Shown here one piece after another: positions 36,437 to 47,476 of a stretch of 64,000 nucleotides of DNA. Location: positions 1,576 through 65,575 of the IMG/VR virus record IMGVR_UViG_3300025534_000213. One strand, 5' to 3'. The translations under genes were made by a program, and so were the position numbers. Origin of the DNA: a virus. The notes beneath the pieces were generated by a model. It ran no database searches. It saw only the letters and a program-made list of their open reading frames with translations, and was not told where the DNA came from. The number at the start of each line of letters is the position of its first letter. The first letter of the stretch is position 1.

Positions 36437-39400
36437 CCAGCGATGATGGTCCGCATCGGCTCATCGTCGCGGATACCGGCGGCCGGACCCACCGGGACAT
36501 TTGGCGTGAACTGCTTGGTCCCGTTGATCACCGCAGTCCCGGCCGGATGCGCCTTGGCGATGGTGATGCCGACGATGATCTCCGCCCCTGCCGCAGGTGG
36601 CGCGGTGAAGGAGATCGTCGCCTGACCGTCTCCGGCGCTCATGACGTAATCGCGGAAGGGCACGTGAACCACACCGTTCACCAGCACGTCGGCCACACCC
36701 ACGGCCGGTATCGTGAACACGGTGGTGCTGCCGTCGCCCGTATGGCGGTAGACCTTGCGATACTCGGGCGGGGCCGATGTGCCCTGCGTCCCCCGGCGAA
36801 GCTCGCCAAGGATGATCCGGTCGTCGGTCTCGGTGATCGAGAAGTACTCGATCCGCTCGCCATTGATCCACACCACGCCCGGCTTGCGCTCCTCAAGGTC
36901 GGGGAGAGCTAGCGGATGCGCAGGCCGCAGCTTGTCGCTGACCTCGATCTCCGGCGCGACGACCTCGATGGTTGCGTCGCCATGGTTGAAGTCCTTGGCG
37001 AGGCGTCCGGCGAATAGAGGCGAGTGGACGATGTTCTCCCAGCGCCCCTCCATCTCAAAGAGCGGCAGGGGATCGCCATCCTCCTCGCGGACAGCCATGC
37101 GCTGCGCCCCGCCCAAGTCGAAGGGGGTGAGCGAGAAGCACTGGGTATCGAAGCCGCCGCTGTCGATGGCGGGCATCATGCGGTTCGCGGCCGGTGTGGT
37201 GGTGGCGGTGAGCCACGCCATGGACTCGCGGGCCGGGCGTCCGGAGAATAGCGTCGCCACGACCACGCCACGCACATCCGGGTCCATCGGGATGGTCATG
37301 ACCGTCTGCGTGTAGGTCTGGTCGAACATCACGTCGCCGAAACTCTGTTCGTCGTAGTTGCGAACCACGTCGGCGAAGCTGAAATCGACCTCCGGCGCGA
37401 TGGCGCGGCCATTGACCGCCACCAAGCCGTAATGCGGGCCATGCGGGCGCCTGACGGAATATTCGAAGTCGCCGTCTAGCGAATAGGTGTAGGTGCGAAT
37501 CCCCAGCATATCGGCGTTGGCGAAGGTCGTCGCCACGATCCGGGATTCGACGGTCAGCGGACGATAGATGCTCAGGACGCCGCCATGGACATCGTAGTCG
37601 TAGTCCTCGCGGACCACCATAATCACCTCATCGGCCATGAACTCGTTGTTCAGGGCGATCAGGTAGCGGTCATAGATGACGAAGCGGGCCGAGCCGTCAT
37701 TGGGCGGCATGGCATCCGGCGGCACGATGACGTTCATCGGATAGCCGGTGGAGCGGCCATCCATCCGGACCTCGGTGATGATCGGGATGGGATTCGTATA
37801 GGGTACGCCGTTGACGAATACCTCGATCTCCGTGCTGCGCGTCATGTCGATGGTGATCGTGTTGCTATCGACCGTGACGAAGGTGTTGTCCGCCGTGAGG
37901 CTCCGGCCCGGACGGCCGATGCCTTGGAAATCCCGGTCCGTGGTGATCCAGCGGTTTGCCGCGTCCAGCCGCCCATAGAAGGTGCGGGGCGGCGTCAGGC
38001 GCACGCCATCCACCTCGACGATGGTCCCGGCGTGCTCGGGAATCGTGAACCGGTCGGGATTCCGAAGCCGCCACTCCTGCCCGGCATTGTAGGACAGAAC
38101 CTCCTGCTGCACGGCGCAGAGATCGTCCGTTGACCCCTCGAACACGGTGACGGCCAGATCGGCGCCGATTCCCGGCTGATAGGGCAGGGTCAGGGTGCTC
38201 GTCCCGTTGGTGTGGGCATCCACCACGACCACGCCATCCAAGGTCGTATAGACTTGGTTGTCCTGCGCAGGCGCCGTCAGGGGAATGGTGGTCGCACCGG
38301 TCGAGGCAAGGAGATGCTGCTCGCGAATGAGCGAGCGGCCGGAGATGCCGAAGCTGTGGATCAGGACCTTGGCAACGCGTCCCCACGCCGCATCGAGCTT
38401 CACCGTCGCGGTGCGCCCGAAGAAGTCGATGGTGTAATCGGTGCCGAGGACCGCGCGAATGCCGTCGCGGTAGACGAAAATAGCGTCGTTGGACTGGGCG
38501 ATGTCGCCGAAGAAGAATGTGTCCTCCGCCGCCGTGGTGTGCGCCGTGTCGAATACCCGCGCGGCCTGCACCGGGCCGCCCGGCAGCGCGCTTGCCTTGA
38601 CGGAGAGGAGCATGGCGTCATCAACGACGAGGCGGGTCTGTTCCTCCGGTCGTCCGGCGGCGACATAGGGATCGTTGAGCGCCAGCCCGGCGACCTTGTG
38701 CTCCACATTCGGGTTCAGCAGGGTTTCGACCTGCTCCTCGGTCTCATCCTCCACGGTGCCCCGATAGACTTCGCCCACATAGTCCGCATCGAGAACGGTA
38801 TCGAAGCCCACCGTATCGAAGCCGGTGATCACCGTGTCGAAATCGGAAACCGGGTATTCGAAATTGTACAGGGCCGCGCCCGTAATGATATCCGCCTTGT
38901 AGTCGGTCTTGAGCATCGACACGAGATCGATGGAACTGCCAGTGGGCGGGTTGAAGTATTCGATGATGCGGTCGGCGGCCGACAGCGGATTGACGACCTC
39001 CCAGAACTCCGGCTCGAACACGCCCGCGCTGGTGTGCTCCACGATGCAGCGGTAGACGTAGCCCAAGTGCTCGACCAGCGCGCCGACCGCATACTGCACG
39101 CGCTCCTGCCATGCGTTGAGCGTGGTGGTCGGATCGGCCATGAGCCGGTCGAACAGCATCTTGACCTTGATCTTGCGGACGCCGTTGTCGGGCTTGGTGT
39201 ACTCATCGAACCAGTCCAGCCACGGCGCGGTCTCGGCGAGGATATCCCGGTCCACCGGATCATTCGGATCGAGGCGGCGGTATTCCTGCGTACGCGGATC
39301 ATACCAGACCGGTTTGTCGAAATCCGTGGCATGGACGCGTGCATTTTCCATGCCCGCCGAGTACTGGTGCGAGAAGTCGCGGAGCTTCACGCGGTACGGC

Positions 39401-42400
39401 TTCACCTCGCCGACATAGGAGATCAGGCTTTCCGACGGATCGGCGGTCTGGACCGGGGTCTGCCGCAACTCCTCATGGTAACCCGCGATGGTCATGAACG
39501 AGGTCTTGAACGCCCAGTCCACCTCCTCCTGCTGGCTGTGGATGAAGTAGACCAGCGAGAAGAACACGACGTTCAGTTCAAGATCGGTCAGCAGGCCGCC
39601 AAAGCGCAGCGTGGTGACAAGGGCGCGCATTTCCCACGATCCGTCGCGGTTGGCGACGGTCGCGGTCGAAGGGGAGGGGCCAAGGCCGTGGACGACGCGT
39701 GAGGCGTCGTAGAACTTGCTGCTGAGCGTGACGGTGCCCTTCTCGCGGGCGACCACCTGCCAGCCCTTGGTGGCCGGGTTGAAGATCGTCCATGCCCAGT
39801 GGCCGGTGCCGTCGTTCTCGATCTTGACGAACTGGTTGGTGGGCTTGCTGCCTTCCGCCCGGTTCCGCTCGGCGATGCTGCTATAGACATACATCGGCGG
39901 CTTGTCGGGGGAGTAGCCCGGCGCATACCAGTCCACGAACTCCCAGAAATCCGTGGTGCGGTAGGTCTGCACCCGATGCAGGATGAAGCCGTCCCCATCG
40001 GCAGCCACGTCCTGCGGATCGTAGCGGCGGATCGTCCAGAAACCATCGGCGGCAGGATCGGCCGAGACATAGACGCGGTCGCCCTTGGTAAAGAGCTTCG
40101 TCCAGTTTTCGGTGCTAAACACCGTGCCGCTGTTATGCGGGACGTTGCACCGGTAAACGGCATCGCCTTGCACAACGAGCGCGCGCACCGCGTAATTGGT
40201 GTCCTGCGCCCACGGGGTGATCACGAGTTTCATCCTGCCGGAGGCGGGATCGAAGGACAGATCGTCGGAGGCGTCGTACTCATAGGCTTTCGCCAGTGAC
40301 AGCACCTCATCGGCCGCGACCACGAGGGCCTCGCCCTCGGTCAGGTGCTCGGGCCGGTTCTGGATGGCATTCGCCGCCTTCGCCGGGTCGAACTCCCAGA
40401 TGCTCCACTGCGGGTTCGCGGTGGCCGTGTTGTCCATCAGGATACGCAGGCGCGTCCCGCTATCCGCCGCCGCGATGAAATCGGGGGACGCCAGCAGACG
40501 GTTGCGCTCCTCGACATTGGACGCCACGAAGCGCACTACCATCGCAGGGTCGAGCGTCTCGCCGATATGCCGGGACAGGCTCTCAAGGGAGCCGTCCGGC
40601 GCGCGGACGAAGGTGTATTCGATCTCGGGCGGAGGCTCGATGCTGTAGGACTGATCCGGGCGGACCCAGATCAGGTATTCGTTGATGGGAGTGGAGCGTT
40701 CGAGGCTGCCCATCACGGTGGAGCGGTCCCAGACCACCGGGGCCTTGGAAAGCAGGGTGTTGACCACCGTGACGAACGCCTCGCGCGCCGCCATCAGGCC
40801 ATCGCGGACCACGCGCCAGTTCGCCGCCTCGAAATTGGCCTTGCTCCGGTGCGACTTCACGCAACGATATGGCGTCCCGTCGCGCATGACGATGGTGCCC
40901 GCATTGTAGTCCGTCGCGGGCTGCCATTCCGGGGTCGCCGGATCGGGTTGCGCGACCGCGAAGATGTTCTGGCCTTCAAGGATACCGGTTGCGCGGGTGC
41001 GATGCAGGCCGGGGTAGGGCAGGGGGCGCAGGTGGTCGTCGAAGGCGGCCAGACCGTCGCGGATGCGGCGCCAGAGCCAATCCGGGGGCAGGCTCCGTTC
41101 GTCCTTCGGACGCAGGAGCAGCCATTGGCTGTGCGCGTCGCCCTCCACGGTGGCGTCCACTTCCACCTTGAGGACGGTGGACACGTCGTTGAGGACCGGC
41201 GCGACGCCGCTGATCAGCATGGCATCAGGCGCAATCGGCGCCAGCCACGGCAGATCGAGGGCCGACGGGTTCTCAAGCGCAATGGCGACGGACCGCGCCG
41301 CCATCCGGCGGAACGGGACGTTGGGGACCGAGGTGCGGCCCTTCACCCAGAAATAGTAAATCGTTCTGTCGCGGCCGAGGCGGGGATCGTAGATGACCTC
41401 CTCGGACCATGAGGGCGCTTCCGGCTTGTAGACGGTGCCCTCATAGGTCCCGGTGGTGTCGGTTGCCGCGCGCTTCATCCACTCGGCGGGCGAAACGTCG
41501 CTGCGGACCCATTCGTACACATCCACCGAGGAACCCGGTGCCACGGCATTCCAATAAAGGGCACGATGGTCGATCTCGGCGATGACGCGCTCGGGCGTCA
41601 GGCCGAGGCGCGCATCGTCCTCGGCATTCTCGCCCACCGCGTCGGTGTAGGGGTCAATGAAACGGACGGTCGAGAGGTCCCACCAGAGGCGGCCGACTTC
41701 CTCGCCGGTCCAGATATCGTCGGTGACCCCCGCTCCGTGGTTGTAGCCCGCCGGATCGTAATCCTCGCAGTAGTCCAGTTCGCGCGCGGCGACGCCGGGC
41801 AGGATGCCGCCCGTGGCGTCGATGACCGAGATGTGGTCGATCAGCGGCTCATTGATCATCAGGCGGCCGTCCACGACCCGTGAGCCGACCGTGTAGATCA
41901 TCGACTTGGCGATGCAGTGCGGGTCCATCCGCTGCGGCTGGACACGGGCCGTGCGCCATTCGCCGTCCGTGTAGCGGAGAACGGCCCAAGGCATCGCTTC
42001 CCAGTTCTGCGGCTCGAAATCCGTGCCGCTCGTATGGGTGGTGACGCAGCGGTAGGTCGTGTCGCCGTACGACGCCATGTCGCCGTCCATGTATTTCGTC
42101 TCCGGCGCCCAGATGCCGACCGGCTGCGTGGTATCGCCGTTGACCCATGCGAGATCGCCCTCGGCGGGCTGGAACCTCGTATCCGCCATGACCTCCGCGC
42201 GCCCCCTGTAGCGGACGCTGCGCAGGATGCGCACCTCGGGGGCGTTCTCGGGCTCGTCGGTGAAATCGTGGCCCTTGGAGGAGCCATAGCCAACCTCGAT
42301 CCAGTTCCCGGCCACGTCCACCGCGTAGATGACCTGCACGCCCGCGAGGTCGGGCTCGGAGAGGGTCAGGCCATCCACCACGATCCGTGCCCCGATATCG

Positions 42401-45400
42401 GCCTCGGTCAGGCCATGGGGCTCGCGGAACACGATGCGGCTGCGCACAACCGTCGGATCGTCGGCGGCCGAGATCACCGCCAACACCTGTCCGAGGGGGC
42501 AGACCCGCAGCACCGTCCACGGATAATCGGGCTGGTCATAGACCCAGACCCGCTCGCCTTCCGCCAGCGTGCCCGGTTCCGTGTAGAGGTCCGGCAGGTC
42601 GTCGAGCCGGAACGCGGTGTACTGAACCTCGCTGAGCCGCACTGGCCCGGCGGTCGGCACACCGGGGCGGGTGCTCCCCGTCCGGGTCCGGAAGAAGGGC
42701 TGGGAAGGGGAGGGGGCGTCAAGCCAGCGGGTGTCGCCCTGCGGAAGCTCGATCCAGTTCGATTGCTGGCCCGCCGTGACCGAGAAGCGGATGACCTGCG
42801 GATCACGGCGCATCTCGATCTGGCGAAGCTGGAGTGTCACACGCGGATCGCGCGGCGCGCCGAACCGGTTGATGCGGAACGCCCACTCCTCCAAGAATGC
42901 GAGATCGCTGTCGTCGCTGACGCGCTGGCTGCGGAGGAGCGTCTGGAACACGCCCGGCGAGCCCTTCGACGCGATCATGCCCTGATAGAATTCGAACTGT
43001 TCGGTCTCGCTGAGCAGCAGGCGCTCAAGGTAGTCACGCGCCTGATAGCCGATGACGTGCCGTGCATGGTCGCGCAGCACCGGCCGGTCGGCCTTCTCGA
43101 TATCGAACATGAGGCGCACGTCCTCGGCGGCCTTCTCGAAGTTCGGCAACAGGTTCTCGCCGTCGAGCATGAAACCCGGCGCGTCGAGGCGCCCGGCCCA
43201 GTCACGGGTGCGCTGCCCGGTCAGCCGGAGGCGCGCCTGCCGCATATTGTAAAGCGGCAGGTAGATGGCGTCGTTGAAGATGGTGACATTCGAGAAGATG
43301 AGCGCGTGCTCGATCTCCGCGACGCGCACGCGCGCCCCGAAGATGTCGGCATCCTGCGCCGTCATCGTCACCTCGCCGTCAAGGCGAGCGATGCGCGACT
43401 TGCGCCGCTGGATCGGCAGGCCGGAGCGGTCGGTCAGGCCGAAGAAGCCGGTGCGGCTGTCCTCCACGTCAAGAACTGTGCCGGTTTCCGTGCGGAACTT
43501 GAGTTCCTCGGCGCCCGGCGAGAGGGCGATGAAGTTACCGGCATCCCACTGAACCTGCGACCAGCCAAGGAATTCACGCACCGCATGGGACCAATTGCGC
43601 GTCGTCTGCGTGTCAGGATCGAGGATATCGAAAACCCAGCCACGGCTCACGAGATACCGCTCGTAGCCGAGCAGGAAATCGGCGACCTCCTGAATGGTGC
43701 CGAATTCGGAGCCGTACGGCACCGTCACCGGCTCGCTTTCGCCGCGCAGATAGGTGATGACGCGCGGAGCCTGCGGGGGCAGGGCGCCTTGCGCCGTCCA
43801 GTATCCGACCTCGAAGGTGGTGCCGCTCGTGTGCGACCGGTTCGCCTTGTAGACCGAGCCCTGATGCTCCACCATCGCGTTGACGCTGTAGAAGGTGTTC
43901 GGGCGCCACGGCAGGACTGCGGGTTCCGGCGTGTCGGAGAGCGAGATGACGCCCTTGGGACTGTTGATGTCGGGCGGCAGGACCCGGAAGAACGGATCAC
44001 GGGCGTCGTAGCCGACGACGCGGTAGGAGCGACCGGTCCATTCGACCACCACGCCGCTGTACACCTCGGTACGGACGCTCGGCGAGTTGTAGAGGGCAAT
44101 CTGCATGTCCTCGGAGGGCAGCAGACCGAAATTGTCCGCCACCGCCTTGACGCCGCCTGCCGACACGAAACCGGCCATCTTGTGGATGAGACGGACATCG
44201 AGCCCGCGCACTGCATCGCCCAGCATGGTCGGCTTCTGGCCGTAGGAGACCAGCGCATCGACGACCCATTGCTGGATGCCGGTGACCACATGGACGGTGC
44301 CGTCGGCCTTGGTCTCGCCATGCACAAGCGCCGCCGCATTGGACGGCCGCACCATGCTGTCGAGCGCGACCCACTGGTCACCCGCGACCCTGACGCCATC
44401 GCCCTCATAAGCCGGTACGAAGCCTACACCCACCGTGTCCCATGTCTGCTCCACGAACCGGGCGGGCTTCATCAGGAAGGCGATCTGCGCCAAGGCGAAG
44501 CGGTAGGAGGGGCTGTTGATCCAGAGGTTCTCGGCCGGACCGTGATCGCCCGGTTCCCACGGTGCGGAAGCCTGCTGTTGCGTCGGCGGCTGCGGCACGA
44601 TCTGCGCCGCGACCGGGTCGAGGAGCACGCCATCCCGATCCACCGGGATGAAGTGGCTCAGATGAGGACGGGCATAGCGGGGATCGGTACCGGCGCGGGG
44701 GCCGCGCCGGATGATCCCGGCTTCGAGATCGGCCCAGAGCGCGGCATTGTCGCGCCCGTAGGACGTGCCGTACTCCTCCTCCCACCAGTCCGGCTTGTCC
44801 GCGAAGCCGAGCATCGCCCACGGCTCAAGATCGGGCCGGTCGGTATCGAAATACCAGCGGTAGATCGCGCGCCAGTGGCCGGGGAGCGGATCGCCGAACA
44901 GGTCCGGCGTGCCCCGGTAGTTCCATGTGAAGGGATCGTCGCTGTTGTAGATGCCGTTGGTGCGGAAATCGAAGCGGCCGGTCTGTGCCCACCGCTCGAA
45001 GATCGGCGCGAGCATGGACTGGACCTCGGCCCGGTCATATCCGCCAGTCGGATGCTGGAACCGGTTGCCCATATAGGCGGCCAGATCGAACACGGGGCGC
45101 GCCTCGGTCTTGAGGCTCGCCGGGATGTTGTCGTAGATGCGCTGCTCAAGCTCCATGAAGGCGTCATCCCGCCAGTCTCCGAAGGCCGGAGTGAGGCTGC
45201 CGTCATGGCCGCGCAGCATCGTCACCGGGGTATCGCCGTAGGAGGTATCGACGAGCTTGCCGGGCTTGTAGCAGGGCAGGACCCCGAGCGCGGCGGGTGT
45301 CGGCGGAATGAAGTACTGGCCGCCCGCCATCGTGCTGTTGGCGAAGGGGAAGCTTGGATTGCGGTCAACCCGGAGCGCCATCAGGGTCGTGGTCACGGCG

Positions 45401-47265
45401 CCGGGGATGTCGGACTGGTCGATGGCCCCGGCATTCAGGAGTTCCACGAGGCGCCGGGCGAAGCGATTGCGGAAGCGGTTGTACTCCTGCTCAGCATGGA
45501 GGATCGCAGCCGGGAAGTCGAAATTGCGGTCGGAGGCCAGCAGCATGAGCTTGAGCATCGGCGCTTGGTGTTGAAGCACCTGCGTGCCGTGCCGGAGATC
45601 GCGGGGAGTGTCGCGGAAGTTGTTCGAGGCCAAGGGCGAACCGGCGAACCCGTCCTGCTGGCCGATCAGGTCCCGGAAGTGATCGACCCAGTCGCTCCGC
45701 GAAATCTCCCCGATGTCGAGGGAGTTCGGATTGGCCTGCAAGTTGAGGGGGATGTCGTAGAGCCCATCCTCGGTCGAAAAAGTCTGCGTCGTCGGTTCGG
45801 CCTTCCGGTACCAGTTCGGGACCACGCGAACCTTGTCGCTCTCGTCCACGCCGACCGCATACATCCCAGTGATCTCACCCGAGGCATAGCTGTAGCGGAC
45901 GGTGGCGATATCGTTGCTGAACAGGATGTAGCCGTTCTGATCCCATTTGAGCGGGCGGTGGAGGACGGCATCGGCCGCCCCGCTGCCTTCCGCGTAGCCG
46001 AATACGCGGCTGCCCGCGAAATTACTGCCCGGATAGGCATCGCGCGAATCAAGGCGGTTGCCGCGAAGGTCGTAGAGCACGAACAGGGGGTCCGCACCGC
46101 TCTGCCATTCTTGGCCGTCCATGAGCACGAGGTCGCGGATGAATTCGATGATCGGCCGACGTGCCTGCCGCGCGCGGAAGTCACCCGAGGCCCATGCGAT
46201 GGCTTCCCGGTGGACCCAGAAGTTGCGCAGGGACCAGCCGTTGCGGTCCCTCGATGACCGGTCGATGGTGATGTACTGCGGCGGCGTCCCGTTCGGGCCG
46301 CCGTCGTAGCGCATGATCCGGTTCGGGGTCAGGCGGATCGACTGCCCGACACCGTCCACGAAATAGATGTCGTCCTCGACCGAGGAGACGCCATCCATGG
46401 CCTCCACGTCCCACGATGCCGGATCGCCTTCCTCCGACGCGGTGTCCCACGGCCGGTTACCCCAGCCATTGAGGTGGCGCTGGCCGTCGATCAGGCGGAT
46501 GCGCATACCGGAGGAGAGGGCACCGACCTCCTCAGTGACCAGACCGGTCAGGTCGAGACGAGCAAGCGGCTCCTCGCCCAGTACCGGCCGTCCTTCGATG
46601 GCGGCCCTGAGATCGCCGAACAGGAACACGGTGACCTTGGACCCCGGCGCAGGCGGCTCGTCGAGATGGACAGCGCGATCCACCACGGTGCAGGCGACGG
46701 AGACACCATCGACGACGGCGCAGGGTGTCTCCCGGTCGGCCGGAATACCGGCAACGGATGCAGGGAGTGCGAAGGTCGTGGACACCCCGTCGCCCGTGTA
46801 ATTCGCCACGGGCGAGTACACGTCCAGAATCGGCAGGGCGGCATCGCCACCCTCGTCTCCAAACCAGTAGTACTGGTGATAGTTCACCAGCATGTCGATG
46901 TTGATGGGCGGCGCCCACGAATAGTAGTCGGTCTCGAACAGGCGCGCGTGATCGTCGGTCCGGGCGCCGTTCTCGCGGAGATAGGAGATCAGGTCCGGAT
47001 AGGTGAGGGCGTGCGTCAGCGTCTTGTTGGCGTCGTAACTGACCATGCCGGGCTCAAGCTGGTAACGAGCACGCTCCGCGCTCGGCTCGGTGATGTAGAA
47101 ATCCTTCTCCGGATCGTAGTAGCTGGGCTTCCGGCCGACGAAGCCGCTGACCGGCTCGGCCGTGCCCGGCTGGAACAGCGCATCAACCGTGGCCCCGAAG
47201 AATTTCACGAGGGTCGGCGTCTGGTGATACGCAGGGAGAAGGGAGGAAAGACGACGCTTGGTCAT
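36433..47265 (-). CDS. giant baseplate wedge-like virion protein (3610 aa) with five CBM5/12-like repeats
   Basis: Single long ORF in the baseplate module; repeats W...t.Y..G..V...G..YrC...HtS...Fe...W; EVKPYRVKLRDF motif; late promoter upstream. Confidence 0.75.
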   Translation of the reverse strand: MTKRRLSSLLPAYHQTPTLVKFFGATVDALFQPGTAEPVSGFVGRKPSYYDPEKDFYITEPSAERARYQLEPGMVSYDANKTLTHALTYPDLISYLRENGARTDDHARLFETDYYSWAPPINIDMLVNYHQYYWFGDEGGDAALPILDVYSPVANYTGDGVSTTFALPASVAGIPADRETPCAVVDGVSVACTVVDRAVHLDEPPAPGSKVTVFLFGDLRAAIEGRPVLGEEPLARLDLTGLVTEEVGALSSGMRIRLIDGQRHLNGWGNRPWDTASEEGDPASWDVEAMDGVSSVEDDIYFVDGVGQSIRLTPNRIMRYDGGPNGTPPQYITIDRSSRDRNGWSLRNFWVHREAIAWASGDFRARQARRPIIEFIRDLVLMDGQEWQSGADPLFVLYDLRGNRLDSRDAYPGSNFAGSRVFGYAEGSGAADAVLHRPLKWDQNGYILFSNDIATVRYSYASGEITGMYAVGVDESDKVRVVPNWYRKAEPTTQTFSTEDGLYDIPLNLQANPNSLDIGEISRSDWVDHFRDLIGQQDGFAGSPLASNNFRDTPRDLRHGTQVLQHQAPMLKLMLLASDRNFDFPAAILHAEQEYNRFRNRFARRLVELLNAGAIDQSDIPGAVTTTLMALRVDRNPSFPFANSTMAGGQYFIPPTPAALGVLPCYKPGKLVDTSYGDTPVTMLRGHDGSLTPAFGDWRDDAFMELEQRIYDNIPASLKTEARPVFDLAAYMGNRFQHPTGGYDRAEVQSMLAPIFERWAQTGRFDFRTNGIYNSDDPFTWNYRGTPDLFGDPLPGHWRAIYRWYFDTDRPDLEPWAMLGFADKPDWWEEEYGTSYGRDNAALWADLEAGIIRRGPRAGTDPRYARPHLSHFIPVDRDGVLLDPVAAQIVPQPPTQQQASAPWEPGDHGPAENLWINSPSYRFALAQIAFLMKPARFVEQTWDTVGVGFVPAYEGDGVRVAGDQWVALDSMVRPSNAAALVHGETKADGTVHVVTGIQQWVVDALVSYGQKPTMLGDAVRGLDVRLIHKMAGFVSAGGVKAVADNFGLLPSEDMQIALYNSPSVRTEVYSGVVVEWTGRSYRVVGYDARDPFFRVLPPDINSPKGVISLSDTPEPAVLPWRPNTFYSVNAMVEHQGSVYKANRSHTSGTTFEVGYWTAQGALPPQAPRVITYLRGESEPVTVPYGSEFGTIQEVADFLLGYERYLVSRGWVFDILDPDTQTTRNWSHAVREFLGWSQVQWDAGNFIALSPGAEELKFRTETGTVLDVEDSRTGFFGLTDRSGLPIQRRKSRIARLDGEVTMTAQDADIFGARVRVAEIEHALIFSNVTIFNDAIYLPLYNMRQARLRLTGQRTRDWAGRLDAPGFMLDGENLLPNFEKAAEDVRLMFDIEKADRPVLRDHARHVIGYQARDYLERLLLSETEQFEFYQGMIASKGSPGVFQTLLRSQRVSDDSDLAFLEEWAFRINRFGAPRDPRVTLQLRQIEMRRDPQVIRFSVTAGQQSNWIELPQGDTRWLDAPSPSQPFFRTRTGSTRPGVPTAGPVRLSEVQYTAFRLDDLPDLYTEPGTLAEGERVWVYDQPDYPWTVLRVCPLGQVLAVISAADDPTVVRSRIVFREPHGLTEADIGARIVVDGLTLSEPDLAGVQVIYAVDVAGNWIEVGYGSSKGHDFTDEPENAPEVRILRSVRYRGRAEVMADTRFQPAEGDLAWVNGDTTQPVGIWAPETKYMDGDMASYGDTTYRCVTTHTSGTDFEPQNWEAMPWAVLRYTDGEWRTARVQPQRMDPHCIAKSMIYTVGSRVVDGRLMINEPLIDHISVIDATGGILPGVAARELDYCEDYDPAGYNHGAGVTDDIWTGEEVGRLWWDLSTVRFIDPYTDAVGENAEDDARLGLTPERVIAEIDHRALYWNAVAPGSSVDVYEWVRSDVSPAEWMKRAATDTTGTYEGTVYKPEAPSWSEEVIYDPRLGRDRTIYYFWVKGRTSVPNVPFRRMAARSVAIALENPSALDLPWLAPIAPDAMLISGVAPVLNDVSTVLKVEVDATVEGDAHSQWLLLRPKDERSLPPDWLWRRIRDGLAAFDDHLRPLPYPGLHRTRATGILEGQNIFAVAQPDPATPEWQPATDYNAGTIVMRDGTPYRCVKSHRSKANFEAANWRVVRDGLMAAREAFVTVVNTLLSKAPVVWDRSTVMGSLERSTPINEYLIWVRPDQSYSIEPPPEIEYTFVRAPDGSLESLSRHIGETLDPAMVVRFVASNVEERNRLLASPDFIAAADSGTRLRILMDNTATANPQWSIWEFDPAKAANAIQNRPEHLTEGEALVVAADEVLSLAKAYEYDASDDLSFDPASGRMKLVITPWAQDTNYAVRALVVQGDAVYRCNVPHNSGTVFSTENWTKLFTKGDRVYVSADPAADGFWTIRRYDPQDVAADGDGFILHRVQTYRTTDFWEFVDWYAPGYSPDKPPMYVYSSIAERNRAEGSKPTNQFVKIENDGTGHWAWTIFNPATKGWQVVAREKGTVTLSSKFYDASRVVHGLGPSPSTATVANRDGSWEMRALVTTLRFGGLLTDLELNVVFFSLVYFIHSQQEEVDWAFKTSFMTIAGYHEELRQTPVQTADPSESLISYVGEVKPYRVKLRDFSHQYSAGMENARVHATDFDKPVWYDPRTQEYRRLDPNDPVDRDILAETAPWLDWFDEYTKPDNGVRKIKVKMLFDRLMADPTTTLNAWQERVQYAVGALVEHLGYVYRCIVEHTSAGVFEPEFWEVVNPLSAADRIIEYFNPPTGSSIDLVSMLKTDYKADIITGAALYNFEYPVSDFDTVITGFDTVGFDTVLDADYVGEVYRGTVEDETEEQVETLLNPNVEHKVAGLALNDPYVAAGRPEEQTRLVVDDAMLLSVKASALPGGPVQAARVFDTAHTTAAEDTFFFGDIAQSNDAIFVYRDGIRAVLGTDYTIDFFGRTATVKLDAAWGRVAKVLIHSFGISGRSLIREQHLLASTGATTIPLTAPAQDNQVYTTLDGVVVVDAHTNGTSTLTLPYQPGIGADLAVTVFEGSTDDLCAVQQEVLSYNAGQEWRLRNPDRFTIPEHAGTIVEVDGVRLTPPRTFYGRLDAANRWITTDRDFQGIGRPGRSLTADNTFVTVDSNTITIDMTRSTEIEVFVNGVPYTNPIPIITEVRMDGRSTGYPMNVIVPPDAMPPNDGSARFVIYDRYLIALNNEFMADEVIMVVREDYDYDVHGGVLSIYRPLTVESRIVATTFANADMLGIRTYTYSLDGDFEYSVRRPHGPHYGLVAVNGRAIAPEVDFSFADVVRNYDEQSFGDVMFDQTYTQTVMTIPMDPDVRGVVVATLFSGRPARESMAWLTATTTPAANRMMPAIDSGGFDTQCFSLTPFDLGGAQRMAVREEDGDPLPLFEMEGRWENIVHSPLFAGRLAKDFNHGDATIEVVAPEIEVSDKLRPAHPLALPDLEERKPGVVWINGERIEYFSITETDDRIILGELRRGTQGTSAPPEYRKVYRHTGDGSTTVFTIPAVGVADVLVNGVVHVPFRDYVMSAGDGQATISFTAPPAAGAEIIVGITIAKAHPAGTAVINGTKQFTPNVPVGPAAGIRDDEPMRTIIAG

Positions 47266-47292
47266 GGTGCTCTGAGGGAATGTGTCCGCGCT

Positions 47293-47299
47293 TATTTAG
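47293..47299 (-). promoter_or_regulatory. T4-like late promoter core
   Basis: CTAAATA 27 nt upstream of ATG 47265. Confidence 0.6.
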
Positions 47300-47439
47300 G
47301 CCGCGATAAACATCCCCCATTACTCGGGAGCAGGGTGGCAAAGCGGCTTGCTTGTGCATTGAACGGCGGGCCGCCGGAGGCCCGGTGCGCCGGAAATCGG
47401 CGGACGCCAATGTCGGAACATTTTTGCCCGTGTCCGTAC

Positions 47440-47446
47440 TTAAATA
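47440..47446 (+). promoter_or_regulatory. T4-like late promoter core
   Basis: TTAAATA upstream of 47477, with AGGA RBS in between. Confidence 0.55.
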
Positions 47447-47476
47447 CTATTCCAACGTTCAGGAATGGTTTGACCA

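Noticed and set aside
41917-46257. 1446-aa plus-strand ORF and other long antisense ORFs (e.g. 52222..54105, 54525..56147, 22904..24295)
   Set aside because: Shadow frames of GC3-biased real genes on the opposite strand; no recognisable motifs
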